Positions 1 through 12,440 of a stretch of 64,000 nucleotides of DNA are shown here, one piece after another. Origin of the DNA: Octopus bimaculoides (taxonomy: Eukaryota); NCBI RefSeq assembly GCF_001194135.2, contig NC_068981.1, forward strand, positions 150,242,086-150,306,085. The letters are read 5' to 3'. Position numbers and translations under genes: made by a program. The notes below the pieces were generated by a model. The model saw only the letters and a list, made by a program, of their open reading frames with translations. It had not been told where the DNA came from and ran no database searches. Position 1 is the first letter of the stretch; each line of letters starts with the position of its first letter.

Positions 1-21
1 TATATATTATTATTATTATTA

Positions 22-262
22 TTATTATTACATATCTGCCACGCCTTCGCTCCAGGCAGTAAAATTGCAGTTTTCTCAGCCTCTCCCTGTAGCTCATCCG
101 CTGCACCGTTTCAAAAGTTTTAGTGTAGTGGCGTTGAACTGCTTCAAGCTTCGCTGTTAATTTGGCACTGTGGTGACCATAACTAAGAGCAGTAGTCTAC
201 GTGGCTGAGAACAAAGCTTCTCCATAGGTTCAACATAGTTTCTTGGTCTCTTGTCTTGAAGG
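22..262 (-). mobile_element. CR1/L2-group LINE fragment (RT C-terminal region), degenerate
   Basis: Manual minus-strand translation with one frameshift gives FKTRDQETMLNLWRSFVLSHVDYCS*LWSP / KLEAVQRHYTK...SYRERLRKLQFYCLERRRGRYVII. This matches the CR1-type 'LDYCSxxWSP...LExVQRxxTK...YxERLxxLxLxSLExRR' pattern. Confidence 0.8.
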
Positions 263-2411
263 ACATACATACATATACCAGTTGCCGATGTATATATGTA
301 TGGTATGTATGTATGTATGTATGTATGTATGTATTTTACATGCATGCGAGCACACATTCATAGTTTCAATGTTTGTTATAAGGAGTGAAATGAATGAAAT
401 CAACGCTTATAAATAGATTTTATACGGACATTGTTTTCTAGAATTCAACGCTAGAAATGTCCTAATTATTTCTCACGTTTACGATTTCACCAAACATGAA
501 AAGAAGATATACTATCACTTTTGCTTGCAGGTATATCGAGTTGTATGCTTTGAAAGAGATAGGAAAGAAAATTTCCATGGAAAGATGTAGCAGTAAAAAA
601 ATAGAAGGCATTTTAAAATTGTTAGAGAAAGTTTATACTTTGTGTATGAGGTGGATAGTCACAGCATATATATTAATTAATATTTGTGGAAATATGAATG
701 ATAATTCCGACCTTTAACATTATTGGTGAGTTTCTGACACCTTTCTTTAAGTATGCTAAAGTATTTTTATGACTAATATTTATGCGAAACCGTAGTGGAG
801 TAGTGCCTATAGTAGGTTAATAGATATATTTTTGAATTGTTATTTTTACTTAAGTAAATCAATAATTTGAGTGTTAGATTCATAATTAAGAGGAGATAAT
901 TAAATGATGTCGATTTTTGTTTAATGGGAGAATATAAGCGCTAACATATGCATGCCTGCGAGCATTTATATAGATTCACACGTGATCTGACGTTCACATA
1001 AACATATGTGCCAATATTTTATAGATATATTATAGATTGACATACACTGAGAGTGAACTTAAACTATAATAGGGAAAAATCTATTACACTAAAAAAAATA
1101 ACCACAATATATTATAAATAAAAATACAGTACCAATTCCAATAGTGGTATCAGAATGTTTACACTGATCACAAACATGCGCATAAGAAATTTTCATGTGG
1201 AGTTACGATAAACATAATGGGATGATAAGAACACGTACAAAAATATTTTGATAAAGAAAATAACATCGGGCAATAAACAGACTGGTAGCTTATGACGTGA
1301 ATGGATGTGTTAGCTGGATAAAAGACGATCGCAAATCTATTAAACTCTACTAAACTATTTGAATTCTAGACTAAAAACTATTTCATTATGTTTGTTGCAT
1401 TCTCGTGCCTTTCTGGAAGTTATATATTGCTCTGAGATCCATTGTTTCAATTCTAAAATTGTAGTTTCCCGATTTGTCGGAGTTTTATGAATTATATAGC
1501 TTGTCCATATAATTAATAGCGGAATTGGGATCTTTAGTTGTACAATTTAACAATGTTCCCTGCCTGTGCTCTTGTAAAGTACATAAGTAATAAGCATTCT
1601 CTAATGGGTGAATCTCCACGAGATTACACGTGATGCTGCAGTAAATAACTAATGAATCTCCATCAAATTACTCTCGCTTCTTACAAAATGAAGGACAGTT
1701 ACTGATTGCATCAAGACCGGTAATACCAACTTGATACAACTTGTCTTAAGACAAGGCAAGATGATTATGACTGGTGCCAGTTTTATCATAATTTTGGTTA
1801 ATCGGGAGAAATTGTTGATGTTGATAACGACAACAGCAACAACAGAAACACTACCATAAAATTGTGTCATTATGTCTACTATGTAAAAAATAAGAATTTA
1901 TATTAATAAGTCTAATGGAGTAATCTCTAAATTAGCCGGCACTTTTAGCGACTGCTTTGATAGACGGATCGATTGGCAGATCGGAACTGAGATAAATAAT
2001 GCTGAGATAAACTTTGATGGATCAACTGGAAGTATTCAAAATTATTTTGTTTATCTATTATAAATAAGAATAGCAAAATACAATGAGTGTTTATGTCTGC
2101 TGCAGGGTAGGGAGACGATAGAGAGAAAGAGAGAGAGGAAAGGGTCCTGACTAGAAGATAGAAAGGCAGGGAGAACTGTGGCGTTGACGGGAATAGAAGG
2201 ATTGGTTATGTATGGACAAGTGAATTTGAATATCTGGATCTGTGTAACATTACTAGATGCAGGCTGGTTGGTGAGTGATTATGTGTCTGTCTGTCTGTCT
2301 GGATGGCTAATTCCTATTTATTCTGAGAAAGCAAATTTACACACTCGCACAGGCACATGTATACATACATACATACATACATATATGTATACATACATAC
2401 CTACATATATG

Positions 2412-2415
<4 letters not shown>

Positions 2416-2496
<81 letters not shown>
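2416..2496. repeat. (TA)n microsatellite flanked by (TACA)n
   Basis: Directly visible; source of the YIYIYI ORFs. Confidence 0.95.
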
Positions 2497-2505
<9 letters not shown>

Positions 2506-3199
2506 GATGTGCATGTATGAATTATATTTTCTGTCCGTGCGTGTGAATATATATGGTCTTGTGTGTGTGTGTTTGTGCGTGTGTGTACACATAGATATAA
2601 ATATAAACACAAACTAATACATCGGAGTAAGTATGGATTTTTTCTTCTCCTTTTCTTTGCGTCTGTGTGGATGTGTATGAATATTATCTGTGTGCGTAAG
2701 CTGATAAAAACATAATGTTAGAGGGTGATTGACTGATTTATTGACAACAAATACTGACAGATGAACGACTGAATGGATAAAGGGATCAATAATAGAATCA
2801 TAAACTTCCAATTGAATGAATGGGTAAACTAAAAAAGTTGGATACGAAGAAAATCGATGCAAATTATTATTCATTCACTATTTGGATCAACTGACGCTAT
2901 TTTTAGTTAGCTATCTGGATTTTTGTCCATGTGAAGAGAAGCTGCTCTACATTGCTCAGGGAGAAATTCAAGGATTAGTTGAATAAAGAGTTTTTATATA
3001 TTTGAATAACATTTATAAAGTTTAGATTATCATTAAGCTGTGTTCCTAGTGCTATGTTTTCATTAAAAAAAAGCATCTGTAATTAGAATATGTGTGTTTC
3101 ATATATCTTTTTCATATTTCTAGCGATCCTCTATTGCCAACTTGAATCTCATTTGCATAATTTTATAACTTAAATGGTATTAGTGTTAATCAGCATCAG

Positions 3200-3360
3200 A
3201 AGGTGATCAGCTTACAGAATCGTTAGCGCGTCGGAAAAAATACCATGCGGTATTTCTTCCGACTCTTTACTTTCTAATTTCATAACATGCTGAGATCAAC
3301 TTTGCTTTCATCCTTTCAAGTAATAGGGTCGGTGTAAGCGACTTACTCAACCCTTCCATC
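3200..3360 (+). mobile_element. Degenerate SINE family A copy
   Basis: cagaatcgttagc...gagatcaactttgctttcatcctttc...gtcggtgtaagcgactta aligns by eye with the family A copies at 5323-5980 and 32516-32747. Confidence 0.55.
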
Positions 3361-4978
3361 TCGTTGTCCTTGTGACAAAAATATCAAAGAAAAAATTATT
3401 ATTTAGCATAGGTTTTCCGCTGACTGTGGAAACATTTGATCAAATAGATTCCAGACTCGCCAACTACACTTTTCTTCCAGACATGGTCTATCTAGGACTA
3501 CATTATCTAATATGCCCTTCCATTTGCAATATGATTATGCAAAATTACGAAAAATTTAGGTGCAATATCTTGGGAGGTCTAGCGTTCACATTGAAGCTAC
3601 TTTCTTGACTGGTTCTAATATTAATTATTTAATGTGATATTCGATTTGTTTGCAGTAATCTTGCGCAAAATCTACCGTATGGTAATCAAAACTAATACAG
3701 TTGCAAACACGTTTTCAAGTACTGCGATCATTTAAGCTGAAAGGTCGATGTGCTTCAAAGATCACTGTAAGATCGCAAAGCGCAAAGATTTGAGGAGCAG
3801 CCAAATCCACAATGTAAACTAAAACTAATTATGTATGTNNNNNNNNNNNNNNNNNNNNNNNNNNNNNNNNNNNNNNNNNNNNNNNNNNNNNNNNNNNNNN
3901 NNNNNNNNNNNNNNNNNNNNNNNNNNNNNNNNNNNNNNNNNNNNNNNNNNNNNNNNNNNNNNNNNNNNNNNNNNNNNNNNNNNNNNNNNNNNNNNNNNNN
4001 NNNNNNNNNNNNNNNNNNNNNNNNNNNNNNNNNNNNNNNNNNNNNNNNNNNNNNNNNNNNNNNNNNNNNNNNNNNNNNNNNNNNNNNNNNNNNNNNNNNN
4101 NNNNNNNNNNNNNNNNNNNNNNNNNNNNNNNNNNNNNNNNNNNNNNNNNNNNNNNNNNNNNNNNNNNNNNNNNNNNNNNNNNNNNNNNNNNNNNNNNNNN
4201 NNNNNNNNNNNNNNNNNNNNNNNNNNNNNNNNNNNNNNNNNNNNNNNNNNNNNNNNNNNNNNNNNNNNNNNNNNNNNNNNNNNNNNNNNNNNNNNNNNNN
4301 NNNNNNNNNNNNNNNNNNNNNNNNNNNNNNNNNNNNNNNNNNNNNNNNNNNNNNNNNNNNNNNNNNNNNNNNNNNNNNNNNNNNNNNNNNNNNNNNNNNN
4401 NNNNNNNNNNNNNNNNNNNNNNNNNNNNNNNNNNNNNNNNNNNNNNNNNNNNNNNNNNNNNNNNNNNNNNNNNNNNNNNNNNNNNNNNNNNNNNNNNNNN
4501 NNNNNNNNNNNNNNNNNNNNNNNNNNNNNNNNNNNNNNNNNNNNNNNNNNNNNNNNNNNNNNNNNNNNNNNNNNNNNNNNNNNNNNNNNNNNNNNNNNNN
4601 NNNNNNNNNNNNNNNNNNNNNNNNNNNNNNNNNNNNNNNNNNNNNNNNNNNNNNNNNNNNNNNNNNNNNTATATATACACGCAACCTGCAACCGCGCACC
4701 TACACGCACACAGACATACATACACACACACACATATGCGCCTATACGTATGTGTTCTGTGTGGGTGTGTGTATGTGTGTGCGCGCGCGTGTGTATGTAC
4801 GTATGTGCGTGTAAATGCATGCAGGCGCGTGTTTACGGGCTGTGTGACAATTACCAGACATATTTTATTCACAAACTCACCTCGCAACTAAAATTTTATT
4901 AGAAAAAAAAAACTTTGTAAAATCCATTTAAATGCACATTGGCATGTTTTCTCACTGTTTTCTTTGTTGCCTTTTCAG

Positions 4979-5205
4979 ACGGAAGCTCAGGTACACCAAC
5001 ACCGACATCAGCGGCTGCTGTACGTGACTTAGCCTTTTATTTTCCGCCTAGTAAATCCGACTCGGAAACTGGAGCTGAACGTGCTAGTCCAGCAGCGAAA
5101 GTGCCTGATATGAGCCCTTGTGTTTCCAAACTCCGGCAAAGAAGGGCTTCCATGCACGATGCTATTGATTATACGAAGATTGACACTAAACTCTACGACA
5201 AAATC
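4979..5205 (+). CDS. Internal coding exon (227 nt, phase 1 to phase 0) of an unidentified host gene; possibly the linker preceding a C2 domain in a synaptotagmin-like protein
   Basis: Strong acceptor (ctgttttctttgttgccttttcAG, AG at 4977-4978) and consensus donor (ATC|GTAAGT, GT at 5206). The frame is open throughout, GC is higher than the flanks and the sequence is non-repetitive: (x)GSSGTPTPTSAAAVRDLAFYFPPSKSDSETGAERASPAAKVPDMSPCVSKLRQRRASMHDAIDYTKIDTKLYDKI. Exon status is well supported; the family guess rests only on IDxxLY resembling the synaptotagmin pre-C2A 'IxPxLY' motif. Confidence 0.75.
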
Positions 5206-5322
5206 GTAAGTTAAGACAGTTACATCATTTACTTCTATGCTTTCCAGTTTAAAAGGAGGAAAATATGTAACTTTATAATTATCCTTTTATCTGCTTTTCA
5301 ATATTAATATAAAAAAACGGAA

Positions 5323-5980
5323 TGCGGCGAGCTAGCAGAATCATTAGCACACATGGCAAAAGACTTCGCAGCATTTCACTCGTCTTTACTTTCTGAGTTC
5401 AAATACCGCTGTGGTGAATTTTGCCCTTCAACATTCCGGGTTTGATAAAATGAGTACCAATTTAGCACAAGGGTCGATATAACAGTTTTACCCTGCCCTG
5501 AAATTGCTGATCTTGGGTCAAAATTTGAAATCAATATTAATAGAAATACTGAAAGCGGCGAGCATGCAGAATCGTTAGCACACAGAGTAAAATGTCCACA
5601 GAGTAAAATTTCGGCCGAGGTCAACTTTACCTTTCATCCTTTCGGGTTCGATAAAATAAGTACCAGTTAAATACTGGGGTTAATGTATGCAACTTACCTT
5701 TCATCAGAAATTGCTGGCCTTGAGCAAAATTTTGAAAGCGATATTAATAAATAATATGAAGGCGGTGAGTTGGCAGAATCATTAGCACACCGAGCGACAT
5801 TTCATCAGCATTTCGTCCATTTTCATGTCCTGAGTTCAAATTCCGCCCAAGTCAATTTTATCTTTCATCCCTTTCGGGTACGATGAAATATGTACGAGTC
5901 AGACACTGTGGTCGATGTAATCAACTCAACCATTCCACGAAGTTGCTGGCCTTGTACTAAAATTTGAAATCACTATTAAC
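5323..5980 (+). mobile_element. Head-to-tail trimer of tRNA-derived SINE family A
   Basis: Three units start near 5323, 5554 and 5761. Each has a ggcg(g/a)gc..gcagaatc(g/a)ttagcac head and a ..ttgctg..ctt..aaaattt(t)gaaa..atattaa tail. B-box GAGTTCAAAT is present in units 1 and 3; unit 2 has an internal deletion plus a cacagagtaaaat duplication. Confidence 0.85.
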
Positions 5981-6271
5981 AAAAATAAAGCTGTAAGGAT
6001 ATAAACGGCTTTCAAAACAAGTAGTAATCAATTACTGTGAAATATTAGAAATACTGATTATATACGATGCTGATTATATGCAATCTGCATATTATGTACA
6101 ATATACCTAACTAACTAATTTACTCTTTCGCTTTTTTCCCTTCTCTCTCTATCTCTCTCCCCCTCTCTCTCTCCTTCCCTCTCTGTTTTCTCTGTTATTC
6201 TTTTTCTGTCTCTCTCTTGTCATATAAACGAATCCATATGTGTACGTCCACATGCTCTATCTCCTTATATA

Positions 6272-6309
<38 letters not shown>

Positions 6310-6368
6310 TATGCGTGTGTGTGAATGCACGTTTACTATGTATACTTTCTTATATATATATATATATA

Positions 6369-6479
<111 letters not shown>

Positions 6480-7134
6480 CATACATATATGTCTGTGTGT
6501 ATGTATATGTTTATATATATATATAGAGAGAGAGAGAGAGGGAGAGAGAGAAAGAAAGAGAGAAAGAAACGCATGTACACATATATGTATATATACAGAC
6601 GTATTGATTATCGTTCGTTGAGCTAAAGAGATAGTTGATTTAAGGACAGCTCGGCTAATATTGATTTATTAAGGATCTAAAACAATCCGAATCTTCTTTT
6701 TGTTCTAAATTTATCCAGTAATTTGAAGTGGATCTACTTTCCTGAAACATATTAATACTCTCATTCATAATTTTAACCCAATCACTGAGATATTTATTGA
6801 GACAAAGGGAGCTGTTAAACTGTGATTTCTTTTGCCTTGTGTATAATCAATATCTATACAATCAGTAAGAAAATCATCTAAAGATTTTGTCTATAAACTA
6901 TTGAAGTGCTTCCAGCTAATGAATATATATTAACTGGAATATACTCCGTATGCTGATTGATTTCCTTGAACAAATAAATGAAGAGTCGAATATTTTGTAA
7001 TATCATGCAAATATGAAGTCCTTATAAAAGATATATTGCAAAATCTCTCTCCTAAAACTATCTTTTTCGAACGTTGACAAAATTACGGCTCATCTCTATC
7101 ATCCCCGAGAAAAACCAGGTATAACTTGTTCAGA

Positions 7135-7187
<53 letters not shown>

Positions 7188-7219
7188 TGTATGTATGTAC
7201 ACACACACACACACACACA

Positions 7220-8371
7220 CTAGCAATGTATCCCGGCGTTGCCCGGGTGTTATGACATACAGTCATATTGTATTATTTGTTCCTTTCTTATGGGCAGAAT
7301 CAACACAGCTGTTATATAGTGAACCGGATTACTAGCGTAATGGAAGTTATTGTTTGTTTAAAAGTGAAGTGGAAGAGAGCACAATTTGCATGGGGTTGTG
7401 CTTTCTGTGCTTATGAAGGATCACAAACTATGTGTTGTTTCATCGTATAAAAGGGGGTTAACACGATTTTGCTCAGAAATCAGGTTTCCCCGCAATTTCT
7501 TAACTTGTCACTTTATTACGAATTGTTTGCTTCTTTTTTTTTATCCACGTACTAACATACAGAGATTACGAATATGAGAAATATATATTTTTTTAAAGTT
7601 TAATTTTTCTTCAAGGAACACCCATTGCCCCTTTGCTCACCTTGCCCACCCATCAGCTATCCGCTTTCAAAAAGTTAAAAACACCTAATGTTTCACTTTC
7701 GTCCGATGTTTCACGCATGCGTAGAATTGTACTGAAATAGAAGATGTAAAAAATTTTAGAGCACCACCAGAAAACCGATATGCTAGAAGCAAAAGGTAAA
7801 CGACATTATTTCTGAAGAACCTTACCCGCTTTTCAAAAAGCTAAAAGGGAAACAATGGGAGGTTGTAGCTTTTTGAAAGTGGTGAAGTGATGGATGGATG
7901 CTTGGCAAGGAGATTTTAGTGTTTTTTTAAGAAAATAGGGAGAAGTATCTTAAAATTCGTACTCTCTGTTCTTTTCTCCGTGGATTATCAAGAAAAAAAA
8001 ATCGAAAATAGTAGAAAATGAAGAAATCGGGATGGGAGAAAATTAAAATATTGAGAACGTGTTTTGGGAGTGAAATCCTAATCTCCTGTATTGAAAACAT
8101 AGGAATTGGAGGAAATTTAAGGAAAAAATCAGGCGAGGTGTGCAAATGTTACCTCCGACATGCTAAAGACAACAAGTAATGGATAAGATTTCTGGGAGAA
8201 GTTTCTTTTAAATGTATATCGTAGATCAGGTTTTTAAATACACTCATCACTAATACGATTTACAGAATAGAAAAATATTATTTCAATTGGATTTGAGCTG
8301 TAATTTCGCGCGTGTACTTAGCAAGAAATAACATAATTTATACAGAAGTTTTAGCTAGAGAGACGGAACGA

Positions 8372-8430
<59 letters not shown>
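7220..8430 (-). mobile_element. Non-autonomous Helitron-like element (3' end at 7220; 5' end runs into (TG)n and the gap)
   Basis: Minus strand reads CCCGGGCAACGCCGGG (GC-rich hairpin, 7232-7247), then atacattg, then CTAG followed by T. This is the canonical Helitron 3' terminus. A microsatellite lies at the far end and there is no ORF. The right boundary is uncertain. Confidence 0.55.
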
Positions 8431-9700
8431 NNNNNNNNNNNNNNNNNNNNNNNNNNNNNNNNNNNNNNNNNNNNNNNNNNNNNNNNNNNNNNNNNNNNNN
8501 NNNNNNNNNNNNNNNNNNNNNNNNNNNNNNNNNNNNNNNNNNNNNNNNNNNNNNNNNNNNNNNNNNNNNNNNNNNNNNNNNNNNNNNNNNNNNNNNNNNN
8601 NNNNNNNNNNNNNNNNNNNNNNNNNNNNNNNNNNNNNNNNNNNNNNNNNNNNNNNNNNNNNNNNNNNNNNNNNNNNNNNNNNNNNNNNNNNNNNNNNNNN
8701 NNNNNNNNNNNNNNNNNNNNNNNNNNNNNNNNNNNNNNNNNNNNNNNNNNNNNNNNNNNNNNNNNNNNNNNNNNNNNNNNNNNNNNNNNNNNNNNNNNNN
8801 NNNNNNNNNNNNNNNNNNNNNNNNNNNNNNNNNNNNNNNNNNNNNNNNNNNNNNNNNNNNNNNNNNNNNNNNNNNNNNNNNNNNNNNNNNNNNNNNNNNN
8901 NNNNNNNNNNNNNNNNNNNNNNNNNNNNNNNNNNNNNNNNNNNNNNNNNNNNNNNNNNNNNNNNNNNNNNNNNNNNNNNNNNNNNNNNNNNNNNNNNNNN
9001 NNNNNNNNNNNNNNNNNNNNNNNNNNNNNNNNNNNNNNNNNNNNNNNNNNNNNNNNNNNNNNNNNNNNNNNNNNNNNNNNNNNNNNNNNNNNNNNNNNNN
9101 NNNNNNNNNNNNNNNNNNNNNNNNNNNNNNNNNNNNNNNNNNNNNNNNNNNNNNNNNNNNNNNNNNNNNNNNNNNNNNNNNNNNNNNNNNNNNNNNNNNN
9201 NNNNNNNNNNNNNNNNNNNNNNNNNNNNNNNNNNNNNNNNNNNNNNNNNNNNNNNNNNNNNNNNNNNNNNNNNNNNNNNNNNNNNNNNNNNNNNNNNNNN
9301 NNNNNTGTGTGTGTGTGTATGTGTGTGTGTGTGTGTGAATTTACATATGACAAACCAAAGTGTACGTACACCGCCATATGTATATAAAAAAGAATACAAA
9401 AATGGGACAAGAACGCAAAACATCCTGACAGATGATACAAAAAAGAGACAAGAAAAACAAGGACTTGTCATTCGGAGTTTTCTTTCCTCAGTCGAGTTCC
9501 AGATTATCTTTGCGATTTCGGCTTGTTATACCCGAGATTCCTCCAATCTGGCCAGCCCCAAGGAAAAACTAAGCTAAGAGTACTAGATTCCTTGGAAGAA
9601 AGCAGCGAATGTATATGAAAACAAGGGCAGCAAAAAAAAAAAAACGGGGAAAAGATACACAAATACAAGTGCAAATAACAGGACATTAACAACAGGTATC

Positions 9701-9736
<36 letters not shown>

Positions 9737-9783
9737 GCCACTACACATTCTTTATTTTCTCTCCTTGTTTCTTTCTGTGCTCC

Positions 9784-9818
9784 TTTCTGTGGAAGAGCAT
9801 TGGCTCGAAACGTTAGAC
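9784..9818 (+). ncRNA. Minimal hammerhead-like motif (family H2), core-mutated
   Basis: ttt-CTGTGGA-A-GAGC(ATTG)GCTC-GAAA-CGTT-agac. Stem II and GAAA are intact and stem III is palindromic (AACGTT), but the core deviates from CUGANGA. Homologous to 27193-27225. Confidence 0.4.
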
Positions 9819-9936
9819 TTCTTCACTTCCCGAGCGTTAAACTTATNNNNNNNNNNNNNNNNNNNNNNNNNNNNNNNNNNNNNNNNNNNNNNNNNNNNNN
9901 NNNNNNNNNNNNNNNNNNNNNNNNNNNNNNNNNNNN

Positions 9937-10020
<84 letters not shown>

Positions 10021-10129
10021 ATATATCGCAGTTGAGCAGTGTAACCTATTCATCCATTTATTGTTTGTTTTGGTTAGGTCCGAAGCCAGACGCTGTAGTT
10101 GTGGCATTCGGCGACTTTCCTAAACCGAT

Positions 10130-10370
10130 GTGTTGGACGAAGTTTCTGTTACTCTTCAAAAGTTACACGCAGGAAATTCATGGGCAGGGAAAGTATTCCA
10201 GAGAGCTAACATTCTTGAAAATGTGATTTGTGAGAGGCCTGAGTGACGTATACTGTGTAAATGACGAATGGAGGAGAGACGTGTGAATCGGGATGGATCA
10301 CGGGGATCAGACCACGTAGACACATTTTAGAGTTGGTATGGAGACTAAAGTTATTTGGAGTGTTGCTTTG
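10130..10370 (-). mobile_element. LINE 3' ORF2 remnant (CR1/Jockey/I-like)
   Basis: Minus strand gives GLIP...TRLSSIRH...LALWNTFPAHEFP with frameshifts, resembling the 'LWNSLP..VFP' C-terminal motif of these LINEs. Confidence 0.4.
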
Positions 10371-10494
10371 TGTCAGATATCGTTTTAACGTGAGACGAAG
10401 TAGAAATCAAAATTTTGACCGTCATCAGAAACGCAAGAGCTGGAAATTGAATCTCTAAAAGTGAATAGAAATCAGCTTCATACCATTGATGACT

Positions 10495-10884
10495 GCTGTT
10501 GCTGTTGGCACTCCGTCGCTTACGACGTCGAGGGTTCCACATGATCCGATCAACGGAACAGCCTGCTCGTGAAATTAACGTGCAAGTGGCTGAGCACTTC
10601 ACAGACACGTGTACCCTTAACGTAGTTCTCGGGGATATTCAGCGTGACACAGTGTGACAAGGCTGGCCCTTTGAATTACAGTCACAACAGAAACAGGAAG
10701 TAAGAGTGAGAGAAAGTTGTGGTTAAAGAGTTCAGCAGAGTTCACCACCATCCCCTGCCGGAGCCTCGTGGAGCTTTAGGTGTTTTCGCTCAATAAACTC
10801 TCACAACGCCCGGTCTGGGAATCGAAACCACGATCCTACGACCGCGCGTCCGCTGCCCGAACAACTGGGCCATTGCACCTCCAC
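10495..10884 (-). mobile_element. Full-length tRNA-derived SINE family B with 13-bp target-site duplication
   Basis: Minus-strand head GGAGGTGCAATGGCCCAGTTG...GTTTCGATTCCCAGACCGGGC (A/B boxes) and a short tandem tail (..ccaacagcaacagc). The direct repeat ACCATTGATGACT flanks it at 10482-10494 and 10885-10897. Confidence 0.9.
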
Positions 10885-12199
10885 ACCATTGATGACTACA
10901 CTAAGATTATCGATCCCCTACGTAGTAACTTAATCTGCTAGAAAAAGCCGTCAAAATTCTTTTAAAGCACACCCTACTCTCTCATAAATGAAAGAGGCGC
11001 TTGATAATATACATACTCTGGAGAAACAGGACCCCATGGTTAAAGCTTGGATGTCTTTTGTCATGAGTTAGTTCTTTCAAGACCAACCGGTGCCAATTAA
11101 TGCAACATTTATATTGCACTGTTCCATCGCTTTCTTTGCCTCGGCGTATACTATGTTTGCTAATATATGAAGTCCCTTAAGCTGTAATTTTTAATCCTGT
11201 CACATTTCATAGCTTCCATATCGATAAAATAGATATCAGTACAAAGTGGTAGGATGGAAGAGTTTTTAGTACCTCGGATGAGGTACCTTGCGGTGTGTTC
11301 TCCACTTTTTTGTGTTCTAGGGCAGACTTGGACTTTATCCAGCTTAATACCATAACTCGGTCTTTGGGTACATTCAGTCAAATTCAATCTGCAACAAGGA
11401 TTTGGACAACGTCTCCGATTTCACAATAGCTCCTTTGTCTTCCGACCAGTCTGAGAGGCCTCAAATAAGTAACGGATCATGAGATCTGCTCTTTCTGACC
11501 AAGTGATTAAAGTATATACATATAAATAAAGAGATCGTGGTTCTAGATACATCACTTCATTTGTGTTGCTAACTTTCTCTGAGAGACAGACACTAAGTTT
11601 ATTCAATCTCTTTACCCAATTTTCCTATATAAATCTGAAGCCTTCATCCTATGTAAGAAATCAATACTGTTCGCACAAATATTCTGACTCTTGTTTTCTT
11701 TGTACTATTGGTGTCCTTGTTACAATTACTGTAGTCAGGAAACCACGGCATAATAATCAATACTTTGTTATAGAAAACGAAATTAGCACTTTTCTTACAT
11801 GAACTGAAAAACTCAACTTATAACTTTCCTTAGATAAAAGGAAACAAATATAGAGGAGGAAGAGAATAAAAAGAAAAGAGAAAATTGATTACATTTCACT
11901 GCCAGCAGTTTCATAAGTATTACTAAGAAATACGGGTTTAATAAAAGTTTGCTTCATATATATTAAAGCTCACAATAGTGTTCTAGATAATCATTATTAC
12001 ATTTAGAAGTCAATGTTAATCCACTGTTTTTTTTTTTTTGGTTGGTGTTGTTGTTGTTGTCAAGCCCCAAGGAAACACCGATGTAACCGACTTATAATCA
12101 GATGCATTCCATCCATGACTTTCCCGCTTTTTTAGGTGTTTGTAGAACTACATTATCCTTTTTTCATATGTTCTGAAAATTTGGCTCTTATTTCTAGCT

Positions 12200-12440
12200 G
12201 ATAAAAAAAGATCATTTAAGTGCTTCTCTTTTCGGTTCCTTGTAATCGAGCAGTCATATGCCATACAGGTAGTTGGCTTAATGATGAGGAGTGACGCAAA
12301 GATCCATCTTCCTAGTCGTACCGTGTCTCCGCCATACTGCACTTTCTGAACTTCAGTGATGAATCCAGTTGGGCTTCTATGTGACAGTTTGACCATGTCA
12401 CACTTTTTGCACTGTCCAGACTATTCCTGCTCTCATGTAG
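12200..12440 (-). mobile_element. RTE-like LINE 3' remnant, highly degenerate
   Basis: Minus strand: HIEAQL.., QYGGDTVRL (cf. QLRWAGHVVRM), and after frameshifts K-QL-LYG (cf. PKQLLYGEL). Confidence 0.35.

Noticed and set aside
11160-11500. Possible LTR-retrotransposon integrase C-terminal remnant (EIGDVVQI) on the minus strand
   Set aside because: Only one short motif, with no supporting DDE motifs or LTRs.
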